From: a virus
Taxonomy: Duplodnaviria > Caudoviricetes
IMG/VR virus record: IMGVR_UViG_3300046408_000007
Span: 1 to 45,540 of that record
Strand: one strand, 5' to 3'
Length of the DNA stretch: 45,540 nt
Part shown: positions 36,125 to 45,540 of the stretch, piece by piece
Numbering within the stretch: the first letter of the stretch is position 1
Layout: the number at the start of each line of letters is the position of its first letter
Position numbers and translations under genes: made by a program
The notes under the pieces: generated by a model
Told to the model about the DNA's origin: nothing
Databases searched by the model: none
Seen by the model: only the letters and a program-made list of their open reading frames with translations

Positions 36125-37487
36125 ACGGCCCCGCGCTCCTCGGCGCCATCGCCCTGTTCTGGCTCTGCTTCGACCTCCTCGCCATCGCCTTCGGCCGCCG
36201 CCTGCGCACCTACATCCGCAACACCACGCCACCAACACCACGCCGCCACCACTAGCCAGCACCACCCCGTCGCACCCACCGGAGCGAAGCCATGCCCGAA
36301 ACAGCCGTCATCCCCGCGCAGCACCAGCCGCGCCTCGCGCACAACCCCATCACCGCCATCGACTGCGAGGTCTACACCGGCCTCACCGAACTCGCCGCCC
36401 TCGTCGACTGCGAAGGCGACCTCTGCCAGCACCACAACGCCCGAGCGTTCCTCGAGATCCCCGTCGCCACCCTCCACGAGCTGCAGGCCCGCGCCGGCCA
36501 CCTCGGCATCACCCCGCAGCTGTGCCCCCTGGGCGTCGAGTGGGTCGCCGAGCGGCGCCTCAACGACCGCGTGTCGCTGCGACTGACGTGCCTCGCATGA
36601 GCGGCATCCCGCACGACGAGCTCACGCCCGGGCAGCTGGTCGTCGTCAGCTACGTCGCCGAGGTGCTCGCGGCCAGCCGTCGCCGATGGGACGGAAGGTG
36701 GGCAGCCGAGGTGGTCGAAGGCGACCGCGTCTACCCCATCCCGCCGTCCGCCACCGTCACCGCCGTCCCCCCGCTCAACCCGGCGGCCCATCTGCCGCCG
36801 CCACCCAGCGAGGTCCACCTCCCGGACAGGCTCAGCCTCGTCCAGCGCGTCCAGGTTCCCTGCGGATGCATCCGCGCCGTCGACAAGATCAGCGGCCTCG
36901 CTGTCATCGAGCGTTCCTGCCCAGAAGGCCAGAGATGAGCCCCCTGCTCGCCATCGCCGTCGTCACCGTGCTCGCCGCCATCGCGCTCATCGCCCACCAG
37001 TGGCCCGCGCACACCGGCCAGCACCGGCGGGGCAAGCGATGAGCGCGCTGCACGGCCTGCGCCCCGGCGAGCCCGTGGAGTTCACCGACGGGCGCGGCGG
37101 CCGGTACCGCGGCGTGGTCGGCGACGACGGCAGCAGCGTCGTCGACGTCCAGCTGCGGGCGCGTGCCAGCCAGCAGACGTGCGCGCTCTGCAGCCACAAC
37201 CGCCGCGAGCACGACACGGCCGGATGCGCCCACCGTCACCGCTCCGGGTCGTGCGTGTGCCTGAAGTTCCGCCGCCCGGAGCGCACCCCGTGACCGCCGT
37301 CATCGTCGCCCTCCTCATCCTCACCGTCGGCGTCGCCTGCCTGTTCGCCGGCGCCGCCTGGGAACGCGACCACACCCGCAGCATCCGCGAACTGTCCGAC
37401 GAACTCGACGCCGCCATGACCTACGTCGACCACCTCGCCCGCGAAGTCGGCCAGATGCGCGCCGCCGCCGACAGGACCCAGCGGTGA
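36121..37487 (+). other. Run of small coupled early genes (36121-36255, 36292-36600, 36597-36938, 36935-37042, 37039-37293, 37290-37487)
   Basis: Successive ATGA/GTGA overlaps and GC3-rich codons; no function recognised. Confidence 0.6.
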
Positions 37488-37834
37488 CCCCCCGCACCGC
37501 CGGCCAGATGCGCGCGGTCAAGGCGCGAGGTGCCCGCTTCGAACAGGACGTGTGCGACTGGCTCGCCACCCACGGATTCCCCCACGCCGAACGCCGCCAC
37601 CTCCGCGGAAACCACGACCGCGGAGACGTCGCCGGAGTGCCCTCCTGGGTGCTGGAGATCAAGAACGTGGCGTCGGTGACGCTCGGCGCGTTCGTCGACG
37701 AAGCCGCCCGAGAGGCAGCCAACGACGGCGCCGAGCACTACGCCGCCGTCATCCGCCGACGAGGGCAGACCGACACCGGCCAGAGCTACGTCGTCATGCC
37801 GCTGCACGTCTTCGCCCGGTGGGCCGCGCTGTGA
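37484..37834 (+). CDS. Holliday junction resolvase (PD-(D/E)xK)
   Basis: KARGARFE, ERR, DRGDVAG, LEIKN. Confidence 0.85.
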   Translation: MTPRTAGQMRAVKARGARFEQDVCDWLATHGFPHAERRHLRGNHDRGDVAGVPSWVLEIKNVASVTLGAFVDEAAREAANDGAEHYAAVIRRRGQTDTGQSYVVMPLHVFARWAAL

Positions 37835-38484
37835 AGCCGCTGCTCATCGACCTGTTCTGCTGCCAGGGCGGCGCCAGCGCCGGCTACGTCGCCGCGGGCT
37901 TCGACGTCATCGGCGTCGACATCAACCCGCAGCCCCGCTACCCCTACCGGTTCATCCGCGGCGACGCCCTCGAGGTGCTGCCTTGGCTCGTGGAGCGGAT
38001 GGATGTGGCCGCTGTGCACGCCAGCCCGCCGTGCCAGGCGTACACCAACTGCCAGCGCATCCGCGGCAACACCCACCCCGACCTCGTGGCCCCCGTCCGC
38101 GCCATGCTGCAGGCGACCGGGCTGCCCTACGTGATCGAGAACGTCGAAGGCGCGCCGCTGCACGACCCGGTGATGCTCTGCGGCGCCATGTGGCCCTGGC
38201 TGCGGGTCTACCGGCACCGGCTGTTCGAGTCCAACGTCAAGCTCACCGTGCCCGAGCACCCGGAGCACGTCCGGCCGCTCTGCAAGATGGGGCGCGCGCC
38301 CCGCCTGGGCGAGTTCATGCACGTCGTCGGGAACTTCTCCGGCGTCGCCCAAGCCCGCACGGCGATGGGCGGCATCGACTGGATGAACCGCGACGGCCTA
38401 CGGGAGTCGATCCCGCCCTTGTACGCCCAGCACGTCGGCCTGCAGCTCATGGCCGCCATCCGCGCGCAGGCGGTGGCCGCGTGA
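37831..38484 (+). CDS. C5-cytosine DNA methyltransferase-like protein (short)
   Basis: DLFCCQGG, HASPPCQ, IENV, RHRLFE, ESIPP. Confidence 0.88.
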   Translation: MKPLLIDLFCCQGGASAGYVAAGFDVIGVDINPQPRYPYRFIRGDALEVLPWLVERMDVAAVHASPPCQAYTNCQRIRGNTHPDLVAPVRAMLQATGLPYVIENVEGAPLHDPVMLCGAMWPWLRVYRHRLFESNVKLTVPEHPEHVRPLCKMGRAPRLGEFMHVVGNFSGVAQARTAMGGIDWMNRDGLRESIPPLYAQHVGLQLMAAIRAQAVAA

Positions 38485-38621
38485 CAATCACTGCCTTTTG
38501 CCCGTCCTGCGCTGCGCATGCCCCCGTTGATGTCAGCTCTGGCTGCTTCGCCAAACACGACTACCTGCCGGGCTACACCTGTCCTGGGAGCGGTTCCCCC
38601 TTACCGGAGGTGGCCGCGTGA
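38481..38621 (+). CDS. Small Zn-finger protein
   Basis: CPSC...H...CPGSG; coupled overlaps. Confidence 0.55.
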   Translation: MTITAFCPSCAAHAPVDVSSGCFAKHDYLPGYTCPGSGSPLPEVAA

Positions 38622-39064
38622 CCCCCGGGCGGCCCATCAACGGCCAGACCCACATCACCACCGGCGACCCCGACGCCAACTGGCGCACCCGCGCCGCCTG
38701 CAACGGCCACTCCGACGTCTTCGACGCCGTCATCGACGCCGCCGGATCCAAGAGCGCCTACGAGGAGGCGGCTCTGGCCTTCTGCCACCGCTGCCCCGTC
38801 GAAGCCCAGTGCTTCGCGTTGGCGCTCACCCGCTACCACATCAGCCACGACGTGGTCGGCGTGTGGGGCGGTCAGGTCTTCGGGCGCCGCGGACGCCGCC
38901 GCAACTCCATCGGCCGGCCGCTCGAACCCATCCCCCACGGCACCCACAACGGCTACGCGGCCCACTACAGGTGCCGCGAGGCCGCCTGCGAAGCCTGCCT
39001 CGAAGCCCACCGGCGATACCGCGCCGGCCTCGCCGACCGGAAGAAGGAAGGCGACGTCGCATGA
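38618..39064 (+). CDS. whiB: WhiB-family transcription factor with a C-terminal HGT/Cys domain
   Basis: WRTRAAC, C..CPV...C, GVWGG; then HGT.NGY..H....C..C. Confidence 0.9.
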   Translation: MTPGRPINGQTHITTGDPDANWRTRAACNGHSDVFDAVIDAAGSKSAYEEAALAFCHRCPVEAQCFALALTRYHISHDVVGVWGGQVFGRRGRRRNSIGRPLEPIPHGTHNGYAAHYRCREAACEACLEAHRRYRAGLADRKKEGDVA

Positions 39065-39276
39065 GCTGGAACACCCCCGACCGGGACCGCGAGGAGTGGG
39101 CTGCCGTCCGCCGCCTCGACGGCTACCGCGACGACGACTACCGCCCCACCTGGGTTGAGGCCCAACGCGACCAGAACGAGTCCAACACCACCCCGACGCG
39201 CTGGGCGGCGGTGCCGCCAGAACCCGCCGCCCAGCGCACCAACCCACTACCCACCGAGCCCGGAGAAGCCGCATGA
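39061..39276 (+). CDS. Hypothetical protein
   Basis: Coupled overlaps at both ends. Confidence 0.55.
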   Translation: MSWNTPDRDREEWAAVRRLDGYRDDDYRPTWVEAQRDQNESNTTPTRWAAVPPEPAAQRTNPLPTEPGEAA

Positions 39277-40133
39277 CGACAGCGACCTTGCAGATCACCG
39301 AGCCCGGTGTCTACGACATCCCACACGACGTCTACCTCGCCGATCCCGTGCCCGACGGGAGCCTGTCGTGCTCCGGCGCGAAGCTGCTGCTCCCCCCGAA
39401 CTGCCCGGCGCTGTTCGCCTGGCGCCGCGAGAACCCGCAGGAGCACAAGGACGAGTTCGACTTCGGTCACGCCGCCCACAAGATGGTTCTCGGCACCGGC
39501 CCCGAGTTGGCTGTCATCGACGCCAAGGACTGGAAGACCAAGGCAGCCCAGGACCAGCGGGACGCGGCCCGGCTCGAAGGCAAGGTGCCGCTGCTCCGCG
39601 CCGACTACGAGCGGGTCGTCGCCATGGCCGCAGTGGTCGCCGCGCACCCCATCGCCAGTGCGCTGTTCAACCCCAACAACGGCAAGCCCGAGGCCAGCCT
39701 GTTCTGGTACGACGACCGCCACCCCGTCACACGGCGCGGCCGGCTCGACTGGCTCCCCGAGACCGACGGTGGTCGCCTCATCATCCCCGACTACAAGACG
39801 GCCCGCAGCGCCCAGCCCGGCGAGTTCGCCAAGAGCGCCGCGAACTACGGCTACCACCAGCAGGACGCCTGGTACCGAGACGCCGTCCAGGCGCTCGGCA
39901 TCGCCGAAGACGTCGGCTTCGTCTTCGTCGTGCAGGAGAAGACGGCGCCCTACCTCGTGACTGTCGTCGAGCTCGACATCACCGCAGCGCAGATCGGCCA
40001 GCACCTCAACCGGCAGGCCATCGACGTCTACGCCGAGTGCACCAGCACCGGCCGCTGGCCCGGCTACAGCGACGACGTCGAACTCATCTCGCTGCCCGCC
40101 TGGTACGAGCGCAACCACGAGGAGTCCCAGTGA
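39273..40133 (+). CDS. RecE/ExoVIII-like PD-(D/E)xK exonuclease
   Basis: LSCSGAK, G.AAH, RGRLDWL, DYKT, YGYHQQ.AWY, QEK.APY. Confidence 0.9.
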   Translation: MTTATLQITEPGVYDIPHDVYLADPVPDGSLSCSGAKLLLPPNCPALFAWRRENPQEHKDEFDFGHAAHKMVLGTGPELAVIDAKDWKTKAAQDQRDAARLEGKVPLLRADYERVVAMAAVVAAHPIASALFNPNNGKPEASLFWYDDRHPVTRRGRLDWLPETDGGRLIIPDYKTARSAQPGEFAKSAANYGYHQQDAWYRDAVQALGIAEDVGFVFVVQEKTAPYLVTVVELDITAAQIGQHLNRQAIDVYAECTSTGRWPGYSDDVELISLPAWYERNHEESQ

Positions 40134-41041
40134 CCAGCGACATCGACACCTACCAGCCCGCAGCGCCCACCGCCCCACAGCCCACGACCATCGGCCAGGC
40201 CACCGCCGTCGAACAGGCCCGCGCTGTTGCCGAGGTGCAGGCGGCGATCATCGTCGCCCAGCAGTGCCCCCGCAACATCTCCCAGGCCGTGCAGCAGATG
40301 CGCGAGTCCTGCGCACAGAAGGGTCTCGCCGACCGGGCGTTCTTCCGGTTCCTCCGCGCCGGGAGCACCGTGAGTGGCCCCAGCGTCCATCTCGCCCGGG
40401 AACTGGCCCGCTGCTGGGGCAACGTCCAGTACGGCATCACCGAGCTGTCCCGCGACGACACCAAGGGCGAGTCGCAGATGCTGGCGTTCGCGTGGGACGT
40501 CCAGACCAACACCCGCGCCACCACCACCTTCATCGTCAAGCACGGACGGGACACCAAGAAGGGGCGCCAGAACCTCACCGACCTGCGGGACATCTACGAG
40601 AACAACGCCAACAACGGCGCACGCAGGCTCCGCGAGCAGATCTTCGCGATCCTCCCCAAGTGGTTCACCGAGGAAGCCGAAGACCTCTGCGCGCAGACCA
40701 TCGCCCACGGCGGCGGTAAGCCACTCGCCACCCGCGTCGCCGACGCCATCCGCAAGTTCGAGGAGAAGGGCGTCACCAGCGACCGCCTCGAGCAGAAGGT
40801 CGGCCGCCCGTCGGGCAAGTGGACCGACCACGACGTGGCTCAGCTGGGCGTCACGTACAAGTCCATCGAACGCGGCGAGATCAGCCTCGACGACGAGTTC
40901 CCGCCGCAACGGATCACCGCAGCCGAGATCACCGGCAGCGCGCGGCAGAACCGTACGAGCGCCCCCGTGGAGCCGGCCGAAGAGCTGTTCGACGTGGACC
41001 CCGACACGGGCGAGCGGATCCCGATGGGCGCCGTCCGGTGA
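40130..41041 (+). CDS. Putative single-strand annealing protein (RecT-like role)
   Basis: Coupled to the exonuclease; AVAEVQAA...PR, GPSVHLARELARCWGN; function inferred from synteny. Confidence 0.6.
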   Translation: MTSDIDTYQPAAPTAPQPTTIGQATAVEQARAVAEVQAAIIVAQQCPRNISQAVQQMRESCAQKGLADRAFFRFLRAGSTVSGPSVHLARELARCWGNVQYGITELSRDDTKGESQMLAFAWDVQTNTRATTTFIVKHGRDTKKGRQNLTDLRDIYENNANNGARRLREQIFAILPKWFTEEAEDLCAQTIAHGGGKPLATRVADAIRKFEEKGVTSDRLEQKVGRPSGKWTDHDVAQLGVTYKSIERGEISLDDEFPPQRITAAEITGSARQNRTSAPVEPAEELFDVDPDTGERIPMGAVR

Positions 41042-41405
41042 AGCGCTATCCCGACGCGCTCGACCGGATGCACCGCAGGATCCTCGCCGAGCAGCACACC
41101 CCCGCGCCCGCCGACTTCCACAACGACCCTCTCGATCTCCCGTCGCTGTACCAGCCCGACCATCGCGTCCAGACCTGGGACGAGTGGCTCGCCGAACACC
41201 AGCAGATGACCGCATGACCCCCCGCGACTACGGCCCTGAGCCGCGCGTCCTCGCCGAGCTCCACCGCAGCACCACCCGGGTCTGCCAGTACGGATGCACG
41301 CAGGACGTCCACCTGTACCCCTGCGGGATGCGCTGCGACACCCACGCCCCATGGGCCGCCGGAGGCCACGAACGGCCCGGCCGGACCGCAGGAAAGAGCG
41401 ACTGA
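41038..41405 (+). other. Two small coupled genes (41038-41217 and 41214-41405)
   Basis: Overlapping start/stop codons; the second has C..GC...YPCG.RC..H.P. Confidence 0.55.
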
Positions 41406-42013
41406 TGGCGATGTCACGGAGACTCCGGTTCGAGGTGCTGCAGCGCGACGGGCACGCCTGCCGCTACTGCGGCGCCAAGGCACCAGACGTGCGGCTCACC
41501 GTGGACCACGTCGTGCCAGTTGCCCTAGGTGGCAGCGACGACCCCACCAACCTCGTCGCCGCGTGCGTCGACTGCAACGCCGGCAAGAGCAGCATCACGC
41601 CCGGACAGCAGCTCATCGACGATGTCCGCGTCGACGCCCACCGGTGGAGCGAAGCCATGCGGCTCGCAGCCAACGAGCGGCGGTGGGATCGAGCGCAGCG
41701 CGACAGCGACCGCCAGGCGTTCGCCGACTACTGGGACGGCTGGGTCACCACCGGTAGGCCCGGCCCGGGGATCGGCAAGCCCTTCCTCCGGCCGGACAAC
41801 TGGGTAGACGACGTCGACCGATGGATCGCCGCTGGCCTGACCATCAACGACCTCACCGACATGGTCGCCACGACCATGCGATCTGACTTCGTCAGAGACC
41901 GCTGGCGGTACTTCTGCGGGCTGGTCTGGGCCGAGCTGAATGCCCGTCAGGAGCTCGCCCAAGGCATCGCCGCGGACATCGAGCACGTCAGTTCAGACCC
42001 GAAAGAGGCGTGA
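41405..42013 (+). CDS. HNH endonuclease
   Basis: RFEVLQRDGHACRYCG, VDHVVP..LGG, NLVAACVDCNAGKS. Confidence 0.92.
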   Translation: MAMSRRLRFEVLQRDGHACRYCGAKAPDVRLTVDHVVPVALGGSDDPTNLVAACVDCNAGKSSITPGQQLIDDVRVDAHRWSEAMRLAANERRWDRAQRDSDRQAFADYWDGWVTTGRPGPGIGKPFLRPDNWVDDVDRWIAAGLTINDLTDMVATTMRSDFVRDRWRYFCGLVWAELNARQELAQGIAADIEHVSSDPKEA

Positions 42014-42014
42014 C

Positions 42015-42887
42015 GTGGCACGGATTAGGTCCCTGAAGCCCGAGCTACGTCGCGATCTGACCGTCGCGACGTGGAAAAGGGACGTCCGCTACACCTGGGT
42101 GCTGCTGCTCGGCTACCTCGACGACTACGGGCGAGGCCTCGACGACGATCGACTACTCAAGGCGGACCTGTTCCCGCTCGACGACGACGTCACCGCCAAG
42201 AAGCTGAACGGGTGGCTCGATGTCATGGCCGGCAGCGGCGACGACGCACCGCTGTGCCGGTACGAAGTCGCAGGTCAGGGCTACCTTCACGCCCCGAAGT
42301 GGGGCAAGCACCAGCGCATCAGCCACCCCACGGACAGCCTCATGCCGCCGTGTCCGTTCCACGATCGCTCCGGAGACAGAGCAACACCATGCGTGATCGG
42401 CTCCGGAACCAGTGCGGACAGATTCCGGAACGATTCCGGAGCGGCTCCGGAGCGGCTCCGGACCTCGCGCGCGCCTGCGGAGCAGGGAACAGGGAGCAGG
42501 GAACAGGGAAGGGAGCAGGGACTTTCTCTCGTATCCATCGCTGTTGACTCACCTTCCGTACCGCACACGGAAGATCACGATGGAGAGCCGGCGAAGCCGG
42601 TACCACCTGCAGGCGAACTCGCTTCGCTCGTCGCCGCAGTCCACCGCCGCCGCCCTGAGTGGGACCCCCCAGGCATTCACGCCGCCGCCATCGACGCCTT
42701 GGCCATAGCGGGTGGGAACTGGCCGAAGGCCGTCGCCGCGCTACTCGCCGTCGCCCGGGCCCCCAGCAGCAAGACCCCGTACCGGGCCACCGTCCCGAAG
42801 GGCTTCTGGTGGCAGGAGCTTGGTCCCGACTGGACCGGAACCGCAGCGCAACTCATCGCCGACTTCGACCGCCTGGAGACCGCGTGA
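42015..42887 (+). CDS. Replication initiator / replisome organiser
   Basis: MARIRSLKPE, DDYGR, W.KHQRISHPT; contains internal iterons. Confidence 0.8.
   Translation: MARIRSLKPELRRDLTVATWKRDVRYTWVLLLGYLDDYGRGLDDDRLLKADLFPLDDDVTAKKLNGWLDVMAGSGDDAPLCRYEVAGQGYLHAPKWGKHQRISHPTDSLMPPCPFHDRSGDRATPCVIGSGTSADRFRNDSGAAPERLRTSRAPAEQGTGSREQGREQGLSLVSIAVDSPSVPHTEDHDGEPAKPVPPAGELASLVAAVHRRRPEWDPPGIHAAAIDALAIAGGNWPKAVAALLAVARAPSSKTPYRATVPKGFWWQELGPDWTGTAAQLIADFDRLETA
42369..42522. repeat. Putative origin: 11-bp phased TCCGGA iterons plus CAGGGA repeats
   Basis: TCCGGA at 42369, 42402, 42424, 42435, 42446 and 42457 (TGCGGA at 42413); CAGGGA(A/G) repeats at 42483-42522. Confidence 0.75.
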
Positions 42888-43317
42888 CATCCCCGACGCC
42901 ACCCCCCGACACCCTCGGCTGCCTGTGGTGCGCCGACTGGAAGGTCACGCTCCTGCTCCCGCCGTACCTGCCGCCGGAGATGGTGCGGGCGCTCATCGAG
43001 GTGGACCTGCTGCCGCCGCTGCGGGCGCACGTGATGCTCGAGCATCCGGAGCGGCTGGCGGATCTGGACGCGCAGATCGCCGCCAGGGGTGCCGCGTGAC
43101 CGCCCCGACGTTCGGCGTGGACGGCTGTGGCGGGCACTTCTGGTGGGCACACGACTGCATTGCAGTGTCGCGGCGCGTCTTCACCCACCTGTCCCTGGGT
43201 GACAAGCATGGCTGGAGGCTGGCGAACGCTGAGCCACTGACGCTCCGCCCCGGCGTCCGGTGCCTCGACTGCCCGACGGCTGGCTTCATCCGCGACGGTC
43301 AGTGGGTGTCCGCGTGA
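42884..43317 (+). other. Two small coupled Cys/His genes (42884-43099 and 43096-43317)
   Basis: GTGA overlaps; the second has HDC...W.L....PLTL.P...C..C...GFIRDG.W. Confidence 0.6.
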
Positions 43318-44024
43318 CCGCCGACCTGGGTGCCACCATCGCCGCCGCGCTGCGGTCCATCGAGGCGCTGTACGACCTCGCGCTGTCCCCCGGCAAGGCC
43401 ACCACCGAAAGCCAGATCCGCATCCCGCATGCCTCCAAGCCGCCCGTCAGCGTCACCGCCGTGGACATCCGCGGCGACGCCCTCGGCGTGGTCGGCAGCT
43501 GGGCCAGGCTCGTCGCCGAGGAATGCCACCTGCACCCGATGATCGACGGCAACGACATCCACCAGGTCGTCGGCTGGCTGGTGCCGCACGCGTACTGGCT
43601 CGCCGACCACGACGCCGGAGCGGAAGCCGCCGAAGAGCTGACGGCGGTCGCCCGTGGCCTGCGGCGGCACGTGGACCGCCGCGCCGACGACCGGGAGCTC
43701 GTCGGGACCTGCGAGGTGTGCGGCGGCGACATCCTCGCCCACCCCGGCGCCGCGCAGGGCCACTGCCGCCGCTGCGAGGTCGTCGTCGACGCGGTCGCCG
43801 GCCGGGAGCGGATCCGGGAAGAGCTCGCGGTGCGGCTGTTCACGCTCCGCGAGCTCCGGACCGCGGTGACGTTCTACGGCTGGCAGTTGTCGCACGACCG
43901 GGCGGAGTCGTGGGTGCGCAGGGGGCGGCTGCAGCCGCACGGGATGTCGGCGAAGGGCGCGACGTACCGGCTGGACGAGGTGCTGGGGTTGCTGTCGGGT
44001 GAGGCCAGCAAGAGGGCCGGGTGA
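43314..44024 (+). CDS. Putative late-gene regulator (Zn ribbon plus HTH)
   Basis: SKPP, WARLV.E, GTCEVCG, CRRC, WVRRGRL, YRL.EV; last conserved early gene. Confidence 0.65.
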   Translation: MTADLGATIAAALRSIEALYDLALSPGKATTESQIRIPHASKPPVSVTAVDIRGDALGVVGSWARLVAEECHLHPMIDGNDIHQVVGWLVPHAYWLADHDAGAEAAEELTAVARGLRRHVDRRADDRELVGTCEVCGGDILAHPGAAQGHCRRCEVVVDAVAGRERIREELAVRLFTLRELRTAVTFYGWQLSHDRAESWVRRGRLQPHGMSAKGATYRLDEVLGLLSGEASKRAG

Positions 44025-44100
44025 GTTCGTCGCAGGGCCCAGGCGCGCGCCAGGCTGGCCGCAAGGCTGGAACAAGGAGCCAACCGATGGCAGAACGTGC

Positions 44101-44139
44101 TTGCGTGGGTGTCATGACACCTGTTACTGTCATGACACC
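44101..44139 (+). promoter_or_regulatory. Promoter overlapped by two TGTCATGACA operators
   Basis: -35 TTGCGT at 44101; -10 TACTGT at 44125; palindromes at 44108-44121 and 44128-44137. Confidence 0.75.
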
Positions 44140-44161
44140 GGATCGAACGAGGGGAGCAAAA

Positions 44162-44374
44162 ATGAACGCCATCACCGCCGCCCGCACCGCCAAGGCCGCC
44201 GCGGTCGCAGCGTTTCAGAACGCCTCGTCCCGCACCCGCAAGGCTGCACTCGAATCCCTGGAGGACGCGGAGTTCGCCCTGAGCGTGGCCATCCGGGAGT
44301 ACGAGCAGTCCGTCCGGGCAGCGAACCCGACGGTGACCCAGGCTGAGGTCATGCGCGTCGTCAGCGCAGCATGA
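44162..44374 (+). CDS. Hypothetical protein
   Basis: RBS GGGGAG; Ala-rich helical sequence. Confidence 0.65.
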   Translation: MNAITAARTAKAAAVAAFQNASSRTRKAALESLEDAEFALSVAIREYEQSVRAANPTVTQAEVMRVVSAA

Positions 44375-44619
44375 GCGTCACCGACACCTGTGCCACCTGC
44401 TCCGCACGACAGGTGGACGAGAACCATCGGGTGACCTGCGCTTACACCGAGCACATGATCGGTCGCGTGGAGAAGCGGGCCTCCGAACTGGAGGTTCCCG
44501 AAGTCAAGGCCCGCGATCTGTTCGCACACCTCCGACGAGCCGGCGCAGACACGAAGTGGGCAGCAGACCAAGCCATCACGGTCATGGATCTCGGCTGGCG
44601 TCCGGTGGTTGGCTCATGA
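44371..44619 (+). CDS. Hypothetical protein
   Basis: ATGA overlap; C..C...H...C; LGWRPV. Confidence 0.65.
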   Translation: MSVTDTCATCSARQVDENHRVTCAYTEHMIGRVEKRASELEVPEVKARDLFAHLRRAGADTKWAADQAITVMDLGWRPVVGS

Positions 44620-44657
44620 CGGCGCGCTATGTCGTGACACCTGCAACGATCCCGGCT

Positions 44658-44939
44658 ATGCCGAACGCCCCCGGAACGCCCCGCCGGACGATCCGCGTCA
44701 CCGACGAACTGTGGGACGCCACCCAGGCCAACGCCGCCGCCCGCGGAGAGACCGTCAGCGACGTCGCACGCCGCGCCTTCGAGGCATATAACGCCGACGC
44801 TGACCTGACCGACCCGAAGCACTGGAACGGGTTCCGGGTCATCCTCGACCCCAGCCTGGCCCCGGGCACCTTCCGTATCGCCGATCGCACGTTCCGTGTC
44901 GGCGACAGCGGCGAGATCGAGGAGCCCACCGATGGCTGA
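44658..44939 (+). CDS. Ribbon-helix-helix repressor
   Basis: MPN.PGTPRRTIRVTDELW...GETVSDVARRAF..Y; operator copy TGTCGTGACACC at 44630. Confidence 0.8.
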   Translation: MPNAPGTPRRTIRVTDELWDATQANAAARGETVSDVARRAFEAYNADADLTDPKHWNGFRVILDPSLAPGTFRIADRTFRVGDSGEIEEPTDG

Positions 44940-45108
44940 GCCCCTCGCCTGCGGGCGGCGTGGCTGCAGCACGCCCATCGCCGTCACCCGCGGCGGCGAC
45001 CCGGTAGCGGCGCGGCTGAACCACATCCTCGTGGCGCACCCCAGCCGCCCCGCGCGCCGCACCGCCCCGTTCTGGCGCAACCCCCGCCTGTGGGTGCGCC
45101 GTGGCTGA
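44932..45108 (+). CDS. Small accessory protein
   Basis: Starts and ends in boundary motifs; C....C...H...H. Confidence 0.55.
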   Translation: MAEPLACGRRGCSTPIAVTRGGDPVAARLNHILVAHPSRPARRTAPFWRNPRLWVRRG

Positions 45109-45132
45109 GCCGCTGACCCCGGAGAGTGTCCG

Positions 45133-45450
45133 ATGAGCGCCTACACCGCCGACGGGCGCCGCAAGTCGTCCATGACCCACGCCAGCCGCGGCCACACCTG
45201 CCCCCTGTGCGGCCACGTCGCCTTCGGAAACGGCGGCAAGGTCGCCCACGCGCGCGGGCACGTCCGCCGCGGCGAGGCCATCGAGATGGTCAAGGAGTAC
45301 CCCACCTACCCGCCGATGCCTCTGGGCCGGGTGTTCCTCGCCCCCGATGATCCCCTGCGCGACTGGTACATCGACCATGGCTTCGCCGAGTGCACGGACG
45401 GCTGCCCGCTCGCCCCGATCCGCAACCGGAAGGAGCCCGACCATGGCTGA
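45133..45450 (+). CDS. Small accessory Zn-finger protein
   Basis: HTCPLCG....GNGG..AH.R.H; C-terminus shared with 1377-1733. Confidence 0.7.
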   Translation: MSAYTADGRRKSSMTHASRGHTCPLCGHVAFGNGGKVAHARGHVRRGEAIEMVKEYPTYPPMPLGRVFLAPDDPLRDWYIDHGFAECTDGCPLAPIRNRKEPDHG

Positions 45451-45540
45451 CCTGACGCCCTACCGTCCCCGCCCCGCAGCCCAGCCCGACCGGGCGCCCA
45501 CCCCGCATCGCCCGGAGCCCCGCCGCCAGCGGGTGTGGCA
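45401..45540 (+). repeat. 140-bp direct repeat, copy 2 (includes the start of a second copy of gene 1726-2154)
   Basis: Aligns to 1684-1823. Confidence 0.97.

Larger units (their letters stand above)
1684..45400. mobile_element. Temperate actinobacterial siphophage, one genome unit of about 43.7 kb
   Basis: Complete head-tail-lysis-integration-immunity-replication gene order. The sequence at 1684-1823 recurs at 45401-45540 (offset 43,717 bp). Confidence 0.93.

Noticed and set aside
39155-40129. 628-aa ORF starting at 39155
   Set aside because: It overlaps the exonuclease in a shadow frame; the real start is the GTG at 40130.

Overview
This window is an essentially complete temperate, high-GC (about 70% by eye) actinobacterial siphophage genome. 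Positions 1684-1823 recur at 45401-45540 (140 bp, 5 mismatches), which closes a unit of about 43.7 kb. Positions 1-1683 are a different version of the accessory region, and the first ~1.15 kb of it is visibly lower in GC. Gene order: HNH, small and large terminase, portal, protease, HK97 capsid, a block of putative fibre/esterase genes, tail, tape measure with a transglycosylase domain, and baseplate. A lysis block follows and unusually also holds a FliA/WhiG-like sigma factor and a PLD-family gene. After that come two convergent tyrosine recombinases (one Cre-like, one short), a repressor/Cro switch, and early genes (two methyltransferases, resolvase, WhiB, exonuclease with annealing protein, HNH, iteron-bearing initiator, late regulator). 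The last part is a shuffled accessory region. Three things stand out. (1) A Streptomyces-plasmid-type DNA transfer module inside the phage: TraB/FtsK, a clt-like repeat array and Spd-like membrane genes. (2) BldM-consensus palindromes at the lysis/lysogeny switch and at the putative late promoter, alongside phage WhiG-like and WhiB regulators. (3) Small gene cassettes joined by a conserved AGGAGCCCACCGATG(A/G)CTGA boundary motif. All functional calls come from motif recognition by eye; no searches were run.
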